From Raillietiella orientalis (taxonomy: Eukaryota), in NCBI GenBank assembly GCA_036172245.1, contig JAYWIR010000030.1:1488001-1552000 (forward strand): a DNA stretch of 64,000 nt. The letters are read 5' to 3'. The stretch's first letter is position 1. Each line of letters starts with the position of its first letter. Below are positions 37,991 through 51,425 of this stretch, piece by piece. The position numbers were made by a program, and so were the translations under genes. Below the pieces are notes generated by a model. That model had not been told where the DNA came from. It did not search any database and saw only the letters and a program-made list of their open reading frames with translations.

Positions 37991-39495
37991 CACCCGGATA
38001 AAACGGGGCTATTATTTTTAAAATACAACATGATACGTTAAAATTAATTCTAGTCTTTTGTGCATTGCTTCAGTGAGAATACATGATTCTAGCGGTCCTT
38101 TTGCACTTGTCCTTTCTGACCCGCAGGCCGATGAGGTCCTCCCCACAGGCGAAGGGGGCGAGAAAACCGAAAAAAGAGAGAGAGAGAAAAAAAAAAAAAA
38201 AAACTAAAACGCCTGGAGCGACAAAGTTTACTGGGGTGGGGAGGAATGGGACGGGATCACAATTCGCCGGGAGGAGTCCTCTGCATCCGGTTTCGGATAC
38301 GGGCGAGTGTCGGTTGAACTGTCCGTAACCGGCTCCACGGGCATGTCTTCTCCATGTGGAGGACTGCTCAATGGATGGCATTCCGGCTACGATGACCTCT
38401 TCTCGATGCATTCCAATTCTTCAGTATTCCGTGTACGCAGCAGCTCTCTGCAGCACACGCGGCTGCTGGCAGGGCGTTCCACATCAGGAGGCGACGGAAA
38501 ATGTCTTTCGTGTCGCCCACCGGAATGTTCACAATCGACGAGAGTCGATCCCGCATGGGGAGGAGGGCGACACACTCGAAAAGTAGATGGTGGAAGGTTT
38601 CCCTTTCCCCTCACCCTGCACAATTGGCATCCACACTCCCTGATGTCTAGTGGAAGAGGCGTGCTCTGCACAGCAGTTCCCAATGGAGCGCTGGCAGCGC
38701 CGTCTCTTGCCATTCTAGGGGGAGAGTGCCATTGTGCCAATGCGTTGGGAGCCACTTCACCTCCTCCGGAGGTATGCCGAGTAGCTCGCCCCAGCACACA
38801 AGTCCGTTAGTCAGCAAGGGGGCGAAGGGGGTTGAGGAGTTTTTGCGGGTTGGTAGCGATCTCCCGTAGGCAATGACCAGAGCACCTGCCTCTACGAAGC
38901 CAAGAGAAGTCCACATCGCTCGAGCCGTTGATCTTTGACCACGCGGAAACGGACTACTGAAACCAGGTGGTGCAGTTCGCGGGGACACAGGAGATCCAGG
39001 TATTATCCCTCACCAGAGAAACCACGTCGCGCATGGTTTAGGCTGCGTTCGTCAGCAACAAGGATTGAGGTCAATCCGTTGTAGTTGATTGTTCTATTGG
39101 CGAGGAGACGTGTCGAGATGCACCACGGCGCAGTCCAGAAGGGCGAGTTTGCACATTTGGAGCTGGCGCTCCATGCGCTACATCGTAAGGAGACCGAGTC
39201 CACTGTCCTTGCGCGGAGAGCACAAGTCGTCAAGCCGGGCGCGGAAACTCTGATTGCCCCAAAGGGCTTCTCTTAGCAGGACCCGCGTCCTTGTCTTTAT
39301 CTGTGCTGGGGCGAGGCGAACAAAAAGTAGGGGCGAAGGGGAGGGGGGTCCGAAAAAGCGTTCCACACCGCGGCCCGTATTCCTACAAGTAAAACTTGCC
39401 GTTGTCGAACGTGCCGATCGCCAACTCCAACTTTTGGAGACGGTCGCACCACTCTTCTGCGGCGCGGAAGTCCCCTGACGGAACGCCAAGAAAGT
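37991..39495 (-). mobile_element. 5'-truncated non-LTR element in the left arm (mirror copy at about 58618-60122, +)
   Basis: DSGLGL, WGELLGIPPEEVKW and LHWE motifs. Terminal motif at 37991-38016. Confidence 0.8.
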
Positions 39496-42251
39496 GCAAT
39501 CTTAACGTAAATCACTCGTGGTGGTTGTCTGCTGAAGTCACAAAACTCCTTCAATTTTCAGAATGTCATTTCCCTTCTTCTCCATCACACCATCGCAGGG
39601 ATCAACGTTGTCTCACTTTGAAGAAGATGGATAAGAAATGGTAAAAGTCACAAACTTGCAGAAACCGCGGTCGCAACCTCCTCTGACCACAACTCAATCC
39701 TGTCGATGGAGCGAAAACAAATCTATTCCATGGATACACACACACACTCTCCGTCTGGAAAGGTAACTGCTTGCTTCTGGGCAGGCACGCACTATTCATG
39801 AAAGTTTCCTTTTGCGTACGTGAATGCAGGAATTGCGAATTCATTCCCAACGCGCAGATTGAGTATTGTGGCAGTTTCCGGGTGAATGCAGTCTTACCCT
39901 TTATCTGGACCACAGTCTACGAAAACCGATGCAAAATGCCAGCAGCGCTGTAAATTTGCAGAAGGACCTCAGAGCAGCAAACCTTGCAAAAGTGCGGAAG
40001 AAGGCGGTTTAGGGAAAGCGAACGTGGAAGACAAAGGCAACGTGAAAAGGAACACTGGCATCCTGGTGACGAACTGTGTACAGGGACATCACAAGTCCTA
40101 GGATTACGGCCACCTCGGAGGCATGATGCCTTCTTCGGATTGCTCCCGTACAAGATTGCACCGCATTGGCGTTACAATGCGCCAGCGGTGCCGTTTGTTT
40201 TACCAACTTGGTCGACAGCATGGAGAGTCAGTGATGCATAGTAACTACTCAACCTACTCATTTAATCACAGAACGAACGTGCACGAGCTCGAGGGATCAA
40301 CCGTGGTATCATTTCCCGTGACGAATCCGTCATGCAACAATCTCAGCTTCTCGTTCCGGATGAGCCCTTTGAAGATTCATGACGGTGAAATCACTGACGG
40401 AAAACAAAACAAAACAGAGCATCGGTGTACGTTCACTGCACAACGGCTCTCCTTGTATTATAACTTTTCGTTACCAGTTCATCCTTGCAATGCCCAGAGC
40501 TATACTGAATTCGTGACTGATTGAAAAGTGCTCTTTCCGAAGGAAGATGCTTGATCACCGGTATAAGTGATTTGTTTCGTAAGTGAATTCTTGCTGAAAA
40601 CCTCAGGTCAATGATGAAACTGGCAGATGCCAAGGAAGGGACGGCAATCGTTAGAATAGGAGGGAACGCTGTGCATTCGTGGCACCACGAGTGCACAGGG
40701 CACTTAAAGTCTCCGCGAACTCTTTTCAGTGCATCGAATGCTGCTGCAAACACCGCAGAGTGTGCGCACTCCTTATTCCTGAAAAAAAAAAAACACTCCG
40801 CCGCATGATGCAGTACACAGCAAACTTAGCAGCTTTCATTGTTTTACGAGAGGGAATGAAAGCTTTTTTCGGGGTTGCGTGAGGTTGGTGTGCGGCAAAC
40901 GCCGTGCGACCTCTTCGGATCCCACATCTTCTGTCAAAGAACAACAGGGAAGTTGCCAGCAGGGAACCTCGATCTTTAAAATCTTACCATAAAAGAAACG
41001 CCTTCTTAGGAAAATGTTCCTCCCGCCTCACACAGCACCTGTACAGATTTCCCTCATAGAGCAAGCGTTGTTATCCCAGCCGTCCACTTTTCAGGGTAAA
41101 TTGGCAGAACAGTTTTCCCCGTCTCCCAAGGCAACTCCCAAGGCGCTCAATCATCGAGCGACCAAACGAATGCATCCGGGGAATCTTCACTGGAAGCACC
41201 ATGAGAAAGCACCAGGCAGCCTCCCGCCACGTTTCCCTCATTCATGAGGCCACTTCGATGGCAGAAGATTCCCAACCAACCGCGAAAACCACGACCCGGA
41301 CGTTGGTTTCGTCAAATTCCATTGCTAACCTTCTTCTTACCATGCGTGGAAGGAAAACACATTTAAATTGTATTTCAATATATTTTCTGACGCACGTCGA
41401 TTACTCTCTCGACTGCAATGCATTTCAAAATTCCTGCAATCCATCCTTCTCCTGCCAACCCGTCGTGCGTCTGTACAGAACATACGTGAGCTTTCCGATT
41501 GCTCGTCCCTGCGTTTCCACGTCATAGCAACCCTTGCTCGAGAAAGGCGAAACGAATGCTCCCTAAACGCAACAGTGCCTCAGGGTTTGCACACATCGTC
41601 CTAATTGCAGTCCACTCGCAATAGGCAATTCGTTTCACTCCTTGATCCCACTTGCTCGCAATCAGCGCGCCTTTTTTCCCTTCCGTTCACACTCTGCGCT
41701 CTTCCCGAAAATCTGTTTAACCTGCTGACCGTGTCTTGTGTTCCAGATGCAGGTAGCTGTTGCCCCACAGTCGCATTTTGCCTCCTAATGGAATTTGGAC
41801 CAATTGCGATTCCTCGTAACCAGTCCTCGCGTCGCAGCTGTTCCGAGTCTTTCAAGCAGCAGCTCAGTGGACCCGTGCAAACATTGCACGTGCGCAATCG
41901 CTAGTGATCTCAGTGTGCCAACACTGCACACTGAGGGCATTAGCATTCCAGCAGTCCGTACGGCACGTGGGAAATCAATTTGAGCTCAAGTCAGTTGGAC
42001 CTCAGCAGCACGCTGCAGCAGTCATCAGTGTACAACAACATCGTTGGTGCTCAAGGTTGTTTCTCTCCTGAAATGTAGAGTGCAAAAACTCGGCAACTGT
42101 GGGAACACGAATTCAGTTTCCATAGGCATGAGGGCATCTTCAGCATCCACCTGATGTTTGCAAGAGCTGAATCTGTTTTTTTTTTTCAAAAAAAATTATA
42201 AAAGGATGCACTTTCCTAGGAACTGCGAGCCATTCCAGAAGAGCATCCTAG

Positions 42252-42731
42252 GCAGTAGGTATCGCATGGGGACTCCAAAACTCAAGTTGCAAAATACGAT
42301 TCACTGGTTATTCGAAATCACGGATGGCGTCTTTGGAAAGCGGAATCGGAAGCAAACGCTGCTAAGTACGGGTGCATATACGTTCAAGAGAAGCGGGAAT
42401 TCGAGATGTCCGATTTTCGCCAACGCCCACACAACTCTTCCTCACTTGGGATGGCACGAAGAGAACATCGGCAGAAGCGAAGCAGCGCGTCTCTCGTCTG
42501 CTGATGGGTATCGAAGCAAGCAAAGGAGAAAGGGTGGTCTTTCGGCGAGGTCACGTGAGTGTCTGCGGAGACCAAATTGCGCACGACCTTCTTTTTGCAA
42601 ACCATGGAAACATGGAATTGCTGGTATGGGTTTTCAGGAAGGGCGATTTTTTAACAACGGAAAACACCTATACGGTGAGCTTCCGTGTTCAGAAGAAGAA
42701 GCGAAATTCGATGAGAGGGCTCCTAAAATAA
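42252..42731 (+). pseudogene. Putative secreted beta-rich domain exon with an in-frame TAA (42363); mirror copy at about 55382-55861 (-)
   Basis: Frame AVGIAWGLQNSSCKIRFTG...KRC*VRVHIRSREAGIRDVRFSPTPTQLFLTWDG... The two arm-to-arm SNPs seen are synonymous in this frame (GTA/GTG, CTG/TTG). The C-x23-C spacing matches the mucin N-terminal domain. Confidence 0.35.
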
Positions 42732-44208
42732 GAGGGAACTATTAACATTAGCAGGGACGTTGATTCTGAAAATGAAGCATTCGTGCAGACACCCGAAAAC
42801 GACGTGCATTGCTGAGGATGCATTGCTCAGTGTACGTTTTCTTCCCGTCTGAAGCATCAGCAGCACCCCTTTTCGAGCTTGACGTGGCTCGAAGAATTTT
42901 CCCACATCTTCATGGAAGGGTGATCTTCGAATCCATCAGGATTGCCTAAACTAAATACGAAGCAGCAGACACTGTTAAAGAGAAACTCCATTAAAAACAG
43001 ACAGAAATGTTGTTGTTATTCATAAGGTGTTGTGTATTCTTCGCTCAAGTGTTGACCAAAGATGATTAGTTGTTTACAGATTAAAAAATAGAACATGCTG
43101 CCTTTGCCTTTGCAACTAGTGGGTTGAACACCTGTGTGCAAAGAGAAATCTGTGTTAAGCCCTCGTCCGTAACCCGCCAGGTACCAGTTCGTCTTCTGCC
43201 TACAACCCTTTAGTGAAACCTGCGGTTCCATCACCAAGCGACGCAGCATGATGTTTCCAAAGATTCAAATGGTAAGGAAGCCGTCTTGCGGTAGCGCCTC
43301 TCTCCTGCTAGGCAGTACGCCTTTCGTAGATGCTGTGAGACCCCTTCTATCGGTGCGGTTTTGCGAGGCCGACCATTCTCGAGAGAATGGAAGGCGATAC
43401 GCCGACGCTCTTTGCCGACTCATCCGATGTCCAGTTCTGTATTGCGGAGCTGCAAGCGCTCTTCACACAACCATGGAGGGAATCGAATGCTACCTCGAGT
43501 TTCCAGGGACGAGTTCTTCGAGATAAATAAGGAAATCGCCCTTTTTTGGCATGGTGGAAAGCACATCTGTAATTTAGAGAAACATCCGATATCGAGGACT
43601 CGTTTGAAAGCATCCCATGAACGTTTCGGTGCCATGGTAGAGCAAGGAGAATGCATCTGAGTCTGCGGACGGTCTCTGCCTCGCTTTGAGAACACCGTAT
43701 GCAACACGGCGGTGTCGCACACGATAACGGCTTTCGTTCTTGAAGTTCGTAGCAGATGAATCCGACTGGCAAATCCGCCGTCCTCTTTGCAGAGCAGTAG
43801 GATTAATCGTTCTTTGCAGTAGGCCCGCTACTATTGCCGCTCGAAGCACTTCAACTCCGATTTGAGGGCGATACGAGAGAAACACGTCAAACTTGAGAGA
43901 GAAGAATACTGCAGTTCTAGGATTAAGCTGCTGGAACTGAGTGTTTGGCATGGGAATCCCAAATTTACTCAGGACGGCGACAAAGATTCGACCGAGAGGA
44001 AATCGCTAAGCATCCCACCGTTTTCTTACGTGTGATGGAAGCCAAGTCACGCTATCGTAATGCTTGCGATTGTCGTTTTTCTTCTTCTTCTCCGGGATCC
44101 ATGCAATCGAGAAAGATGAGATAACAGCTAATGAGAATGGCTCCAATGTTAGTTGCCCTCGCTGTCCTGGGTCGCAATTCTTCCTTCCATTTGACAGACT
44201 GCCAAAGT

Positions 44209-44914
44209 ATGCTAATTCTGTTCTTCCAGGGGCTCCTTGCTGTGGTCCTCTCGCTGACGAGTGCCGTGTACACCGGAAGTGCGATAAAATCGCGCCAGCT
44301 TGGAGCAGACTTGGTATTCGGAAACTTCAGTGGACCTTGCGTAGTAACACTTCTTGTTCCAACTAAACAAGAAGGCATAGACGAAAAGTGCAAGTTGGAA
44401 TGGGGACCAGAGGTGACACCGACCCCGCAGAAGGAGGAGTGCAAAATTGGTGTCAAGGTATTGTATGAAAGCTCTTTCAAGAAACATGTTTTGCTCCCAA
44501 GGGTATTTCAGATCCTCAAAAAGTAATTGTTATCGTTCTTCCGGGTTTAGATGAATGCATCTGTTCGTTTTCGAAGGAAAAGAAGTAAGTGGCTTGCACG
44601 TTTCGGCACGGCAGCATCCACTTTTCTTCCTCGCGTCCGGCAACAGCCGATGCTCTTTGACATACGCGCACGTAACCGAAATCGCGGCTTTCTGTCCCAA
44701 TCACATCCGGAAGAAAGAGAGGATGTGGATGCGCGCATTTTCAGAAAGGCTGCGCATCATCTCGTTTTCACCAAAAATTTATCTCAGGTCTAGAGAAGAT
44801 GATATGGATATCTTTGAAGTGCAAACACCATTCAGTTTGTTTTGCATCTTCCCCCAAAATTCCATATGCTCGTTGCTGTTCTTTGCAGACGATGGCGGCA
44901 GCGTATACTTTTAA
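44209..44914 (+). CDS. Small secreted Cys-patterned protein, copy A (199 aa; exons 44209-44457, 44502-44584, 44647-44914)
   Basis: Signal-peptide-like MLILFFQGLLAVVLSLTSA. Introns GTATTG..CAAG (44 nt, phase 0) and GTAAGT..ACAG (62 nt, phase 2) give one continuous frame. Cys and WGP/FSPKI/VQTPFS motifs are conserved with copy B despite heavy nucleotide divergence. AATAAA lies at 44937. The true start could be in an upstream exon (ttcttccag at 44229 could be an acceptor). Confidence 0.7.
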
Positions 44915-45699
44915 TTTCTTTACCTTCATGGAATTAAATAAAGGCTTTGTTTTTGTGCAGATTCGCAGTTTGAGAAGGAGAGGAAGTTCTCCTAATTGGG
45001 ATGGGCCCATTCGAACCCACTCATTCAGGTCCATCGCATTCATCCCCAGTGGGGATCGAATAAAGCATTCCTGCTTCCTCTCTTCCCAGTAGACAGAGTG
45101 GATTTTGTTTGGAAAAGTGCGCTCGACATGGCGACCCCCCTTTCCTCATGAAGAGGGGGCAGATTCCCTGTGATTCTGGCGCTTGCAGCTTTTCGTGTTG
45201 CAAGCGCTGGCAAAAAATCGTTTCTCAAAAATGGGGAGCGCGATTCGAGTGGAATCCCACTTTTCGAATGATTCCTCCGCCTCCCTGACAACCTCGAGAA
45301 TCCCCGGAATGTGCAGCTTGTGCCTTGTAACGCGACTCCAAATCAAGGAACACCTCATCCAGCGCATATCGTACTGGAAGTAACGATCAGGATGAGATTT
45401 CAGGTGTTGTCCTGCTGACAAAGTCTTCGTGCTTCAGCTCGAGAGGGGATTTGCTTCCACGTTCAAGAAAGCATGTGGCTCTCTTTGTTCATCATTTTCT
45501 CTCTGAGAATGCTTTTCTGCTACGGACAAAGATAAACACAAACACTGAGGATTATTCCAGGGTTTCGAAAGCTGCAGGAAGATCCACAGGTGTTGTCTCA
45601 CCAGTGAGATGCAAGAAAGTCCGCATTTTGTCAACTGCTTGCCTTTGGATCTCTTCCGCATCAAAAGCAAGTTGTCGAAAATATGCAAAGTGCCTCCGG

Positions 45700-47900
45700 A
45701 AGGAGGAGGATGTCTTTCAGTAGAAGGCGAACGGACTGTGATGACAGCAAGTTGAGAAGAAGAGCCGACGTATGCGCACCGTCAGAAATGCAGCATTCAC
45801 AAGGGACCAGATTAAGGGAGACACTTGTGAGATGGAATGCACCGCTCCATCCGAATGGTGCGATGAGTGCATCCCATGGCATTCCTCATCCGGGTGACAC
45901 ACAGTGCCTGAAAGAAAAATGCTGCATGGTAACGGCAACGTGATGCAGCTCGGCACGTGATGCGATTTCAGGGTAACCGCAGCAAAAGGAATTTCAGTGA
46001 TGCTCGGAGACTTTCGAGGAGGGGAAATGAAAACGCGCTGCTCCTTGAAAAACGAGCAGAAAGGAGTTGTGGACGCGTGCTGGTGTCCTTCCACGAAAGC
46101 TTCGCGGGGCACCCCACTCTACGAAGCACGCTATCCCAGAAATAGAAAATATCCCATCGATGCACGGTTAAGAAAGCCCAGCGGCCCATTCCGCACCCAC
46201 CGCTCGCTCACGAACCACTCTGCCTTCATTGCTGACGCGCTGTTTTGACGAATTCCCATTTGTCAACAGCTGGCAATTCGCTGATTGAGGCATCTCGGCG
46301 ATTTGGATACGCTGCCTGCCTTTTTGATCTCTGCGTTCGGAGTTGGAATGCGGGGCTAGGAAGGAATGGGGATAGGAAACACACGGGGAGGTGCCAAAGA
46401 GATGCGCAACCAGGGGAATTTTCTGGGTATAGGAAGTCTTCCGGGGACAGTCTATCATTTCCCACAGCAAGCAGAGAGCGCAAACATTGCGTTTCTAGCT
46501 GGTCCGTGGCGTTGAGTTTTGCCCACGTCTGGGATGTTCCTCATTTCCTGGCACTCACCATTTCCTTCCTTCCGCCAGCTGGCGATCCAGTTGTGGTCCT
46601 GAGCTAAGACCGCCATCTCCCTCATCGGTGCAGTCTTAGGTGGTTCTCAACGAGGTGCTGAGCCAATTTCTCGCTCAGCCAAGATCCGGACCGTCAGGCA
46701 CCAAGGGGTGCTCGAAACCTTCGCAGCCAGGGCTACTTTTCGGGAGGTTTGGAGGTGACGCTGCATCCTTTCCATCGTCGAGTCCGGTGTCCCGAAGTGG
46801 AGCGCATCAGTCCTTCAGGCGAACTCGGTACTTCTGTGTGTCCCAGATGGCTTTTTGCAGAAGAAACTCGTTCCGCTTCTTTATACCATTGGAAGGGGCC
46901 GAATAAAAAGCAAGGCTCGGAGGATCGGGGGCACAGAAGTGTTCCAAATGGAACTCTGGCTGTGAGGAGAAGAGGGGGACCGAACGTGCTTTGCAGAAGG
47001 ACTGTGGAGTTCAGCGAGACTACAGCTCTTCCTCCAAGACGAGGTGAAGACCACTTCTCATGCTGACTCTGAGATGCTCAGCACTCAGGTTCGTTGCTCC
47101 GAGTTCCGTGTTTCGTGTTTGTGGTGTGAACGGTAGCAGTGTTTGCGTAGTTGAGGCGCGAGGAGACACCTTTAGGAATCCTCTGGGAAGAGAAGCTCCC
47201 CTGGGCTTTGGAAGTGAGGGATGCGTTTCACTCAAAATCTCTCATCATAGAAGAGAGGCTGTGGAGCCAGGCGGTCGTGGCGGGATCCTCAGCATCCCAG
47301 GTGGGACTCCCAGCGAACGAGGCCCGTGCACACGCACACACCCCACGATTCAAGGCAGGACTGCATTCTCCGCGACTCCGCTCATTCAAGGGTTGCAGAA
47401 CCTCAAGGTCGAAAGGGAAGAGTCTGTCGACCCCTTTTGGTCAAGAGGGAAGAGGGTCGCCGAGCTCACCTGAGAAGACACTTGTCTTGCCCAACGGCTA
47501 CTAAGGATCTTGGCCGCCGCCGAGCACCGCAGGGTCTTTAATGAGACGGAGAACTGTGAGACCGTGGTCCACCTCACAGGCATAACTGTCCAGGTGGCAG
47601 AGAAAGACTCTTTTTGAAACAATGCGCATGCTGTGGATTAAGCCCCAGTCCCTTCTCCACATTTGCGAGGGATGTTCAGCGCAGATCATCGACCAAGGGA
47701 GCGGGCTGCCCTATAGGTCACAAATACCAGGGGGAAACTTCGACCTGCAGTTCTCCGGCAAAAGGGAAATAGTGAGATCGTGCAAAGGCGGGTCACAAGG
47801 AGGTGCCACGACATCAGGTACCACAGATATGTGTTTAAAAGCTTTGCGAGACCTCTCCAAGGGGACGAACGGTTCTTCAGCACTTTCGAAACTTCCAAAA
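45700..47900 (+). mobile_element. Highly decayed non-LTR ORF2 (endonuclease to RT) running from the left arm into the spacer
   Basis: MLGDF...VDA...TNHSA (APE GDFN/SDH-like) at about 46.0-46.25 kb and SRQDCIL (RQGCPL-like) at about 47.35 kb. Confidence 0.45.
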
Positions 47901-48184
47901 AAAAAACTCGAAAAAAAAGAAAGGAAGCAACGAAAACAGACGTAGTGAAATAGGGCACGTCGAAGCGGCATGGCCCACAAGGCGAACCTGGCCACGTCTA
48001 CAGCCGCAAAAAGCAAAGAAAGAAAAAGGGGAAGACAGTTGGGATTCAGAGGGAAAAGGTGGGTCATGTCCTACCGGAGCTACCAGAATCTGTGGACTCA
48101 CCTGGGAGATCCCGAGAGAGGGTTCTGCCGAGAACGCCGACTGGCAGCGAAAAAAAGCCGGAAAGAGAAGCAGACCTCCTCCTG

Positions 48185-51150
48185 CACCCGGTCATCCGGG
48201 GTGTTTATTTGAAAATAAATACATTTCAAGTCATTTAGCAAGAAAAACAAAAAAAACACGCGAAGTTCACTGGAGACGGCTACCAGCTCGCAGGCCGGAT
48301 TCCAAGGAAGTCAGGAGCGAGAGGGAAGGGGCAATACAACAAAAAAAGGAAAGGGGACAGGATGAAGGTCTTTGGCTTTAGCTGCTCCTTTCTTCCTAAA
48401 ACTGGTGCTGAGTTCTGGTGATCCTCCTGGCGACCTCTTGCAGGTGAACGTAGCCATTCTCATCAAGACGGCTGCTATGCTGGTGACCTTCCTCTGCCAA
48501 CGGGACTCTCTCACAATGCGGACTGTCACCATGGTGAGGATGCAATCATGCCACCTGCTGCAAGCCCGCCTTGCGTGAAGAAGCACCACAGCAAATCCAA
48601 AGCGGTGCCCTCCGGGTGGCTGAACGCCGGAGCGAGTCTTAGACACATGTCACCCAGTATACTGCAGTCAGCACTGCCCTCAAACTCTTTGGCTATGACC
48701 ACCTCCGTAAACTAGGTGTCTGAGCTGATTGTACTGAAATTCCCAGTGCAAAAGCAGCAGAAAATCCCGTTTCCAATGCGGTGGGAAGATGGAGTTGTCC
48801 GCACACAGAGAAGGGACTGGGAGGTCTTCGGGAGGCACAACGAGCAGGTCGCAGGAACGGGAATCCCTCCTGCACCTTCCTGTAGACTGTATTGCACTCC
48901 GCACTCTGTGGTTGCGTCACGCAACGGCCTTTGAGGCATCAAAGAACAATCCCAGAGTAGTGTTGAATCGCCTCTTCATGCGCAATGCTCTTTCGCCAGC
49001 CGCCTCCCCAGCAGTTCTTTGCTGCCTACGAGGGATATTTACCCACAAACGGCGCTCTCGAACGTTTTGCAGCATCCATCGTACTCCTTCGCTTCTCTGG
49101 GCATGCGCAGGGGGTTCGGGGGCAAAGAAAACCTGTCTAAGGAACTGTGGTTCTGAAGCTCAAGTGCTTCTTTCCTCTCCAACAGGCTGTCGACGTTCCC
49201 TTGCAACTGGCGGAGCGATGCAGTTGTGCGCTCTGTCCTTGATGGATCCTCACACCTCGGATGATGATATTTTCGTGAAGGAGTCTTCGCTCTGGTCCCC
49301 TCCGGAGCTCGATTTCCCGCTTGAAAACCCTTCACAATTCAGCCGGAGGTGGCCCAGTGGCCGAGGGATTGTGGAGGTCTAGAGCTACGCGAGAGAAGGA
49401 CGGCACGACGCCATCTACTTCGCCCTGAGCTTCATGAGGGCGGTAGCTAGATGGCCCCACCTGGGAAATACTCGGGTGGAACTAGCCGAAATCCTAGAAA
49501 GGATGAGAGGACGCCCTCCAGTGCCCGGTGACCCTTTCTCTAACCTCTTAATTTTTGTATAAGCTTTTTTTTGGGGGGGAGGGGGGTCCGCCCCTCCTCC
49601 TCTGCTGCGGAGACAAACCTCACCGGTCTACATAACGGTACTCGGCAGGTTCCGAGCATTTTCGGACAATGTAAAGCCGATGGCACGACACATGCATGCT
49701 TACTTTTTACAATAAACATCCGTGCGTGATCTGGTGACAAACCGAGCAGGTCGCTTCACCGAAGAAGTCCTTTCGTCCAGGAACGAGGAGTGACACCATC
49801 TAGATCAACCTGCTTGGTTTCCAGCCGCCATGGAGTTTTTTGACTCCTGCCATTCTCCGGTTAGCTGCTCTGAGAGCAGACAGCCCTCCGACAAGGGACT
49901 GCTACGTCCACTTCTACAGGAGATCTTTCAGCGGGTTGCATAGGAGTTGCCGCAGCAGACCAATTTCTTCTGGACGCACTTCCAAAGTGGCCATCCAGGA
50001 CTCCAGTGCATCCTGCTTCCAGGTATTGCAGTTTTTTGGCCGGCAGGAGATCCACAAGTGAGTTTGCAGCAGTGAGGACAGATGCCTCGGGGGCCAGCCG
50101 AAACAAGGCATCCTATGACGCCTGCGCGGCAGCAGCGCAAGCAGTGCTTGGCGTGCATCGCATCGCCGAAGGATGCGTGGTGCCGGAGCACACCAGGGAG
50201 AGTTCCTCAATTTGCCACAGAGTGCCAGAAGTCGGGACTGCAGAAGGGGAACGAGATCCGCAGACAGAACGAGACAGAAGTCTGCACCCCCATATGGATC
50301 GTTCGTCTGTCTGCCCAAGCCGGAATCCTAGCGCGGCGCCACAAGTCTTTCAGCCGGCTGCCGAACCAGCATGCCTTGTTCGCCGCAACGTCGGAAACAC
50401 GCGAGGCGAACAGCCAGGCGCCTGCGTGGTCAAACGCCGGCGCTCTCCTGTTATCCACGCCGCACCGGAAATCGCGACGGCGGAACCCATCCGCGGCAGT
50501 CGTGTCGGCAGCACCGTTCGTGCCCCGCGCTTTCGGATGTGCACGCTGTTTCGGTGATCCTCTGTGTGTGAAGTCAGCGTAGTGTGAAAAACGTTGGTGA
50601 TGCCCTGGGTCTGGTGCCGGAAGACATCGCTGTGACTGCTCACGGAGGAGGGGCGGAAACCTCCCTTCTCATGGCATTGGAGCCAGTGGAGGGTGCGTCC
50701 CGCCAAGAATCCTCCTCGCTGAACAGGGAAGCTGTGAAGTCGGAGGGTTTCCAGGGCTTCTCTGGCAGCTCACACTCAACTCCAGGACTACAAGGTCCAC
50801 GTATATAACCCTATATTCCCTCCCTGAGTTACAAGGTAGGCAGCATAAACGTGAGATCTGTTGAATCGTTCCGCGAACTCGTCGCCAATTTTGATACCTT
50901 TTTCTTGACCGATTTGGATGCCTAGTGTCTTTTTTCTCTCAGAAGCTGCATAAACTCCAGATTGCAAAAGATGACCGTGCAAGACTCTCTGTCTTGTGAA
51001 GCAGATAGGTCGCAGAGCTGACCTGCAGAGATGATGCTCCTGATGAGACGCTGCTGAGAAGCTGATCACGATCGAAGGGACACGTTGTTCCTGCTGATGG
51101 GAGACCGCTCCGCGGTCGTCCACCTCACCGAGATGGCAGTAAGGACAAGG
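48185..51150 (-). mobile_element. Decayed non-LTR element in the palindrome spacer
   Basis: LCGKLRNSPWCAP, ALLALLPRRRHR and LLLLHW motifs. Terminal motif at 48185-48209. The 5' extent is approximate. Confidence 0.6.
49380..49736 (+). mobile_element. Short 3' fragment of a non-LTR element nested in opposite orientation
   Basis: ARWPHLGN is shared with the 16.0 kb copy, and the 3' region resembles the reverse complement of 12100-12200. It ends AATAAACATCCGTGCGTGATCTGGTG. Confidence 0.6.
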
Positions 51151-51425
51151 ATAACGGAGGACTACGCCATCCGGTAGTTACAGCGGTCAACGCGCTGCAT
51201 GCGCCGTCGAACCGAACTTGCTTCCTCGTATTCAGGAACGTTTGTAAGCAGTCCCTACGAGTGTGTATGAAGTACCTGTTGCAGCGGACATTTTCTTGTC
51301 ATTTCGTTTTACTTCCGAAGACAAGTCGAAAGATGTTTCAAGAGCATTTGCAGAAAACAAAAAGAATTTTTAACTAAAGCTTTCTATTGCACACGTACAT
51401 ATGTATGTATATGTTCCGAAACATG

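Larger units (their letters stand above)
36357..46415 (+). repeat. Left arm of a ~25 kb palindrome (inverted segmental duplication)
   Basis: Mirror ORFs have identical or nearly identical translations. Paired coordinates sum to 98113 over 36.36-44.34 kb and to 97842 over 44.94-46.35 kb. Confidence 0.98.

Noticed and set aside
44064..44366. Alternative Cys-rich frame (…SCPRCPG…PCCGPLADECR…) as the product of the palindrome gene
   Set aside because: It has no ATG start without invoking a frameshift, inter-copy substitutions are non-synonymous in it, and it closes where the other frame stays conserved.
44458..44526. Unspliced ending VLYES...KK* of ORFs 44131-44526 and 53593-53982
   Set aside because: Not excluded, but disfavoured. 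The downstream CxC exon, GTAAGT donor, conserved last exon and AATAAA are only explained by the spliced model.
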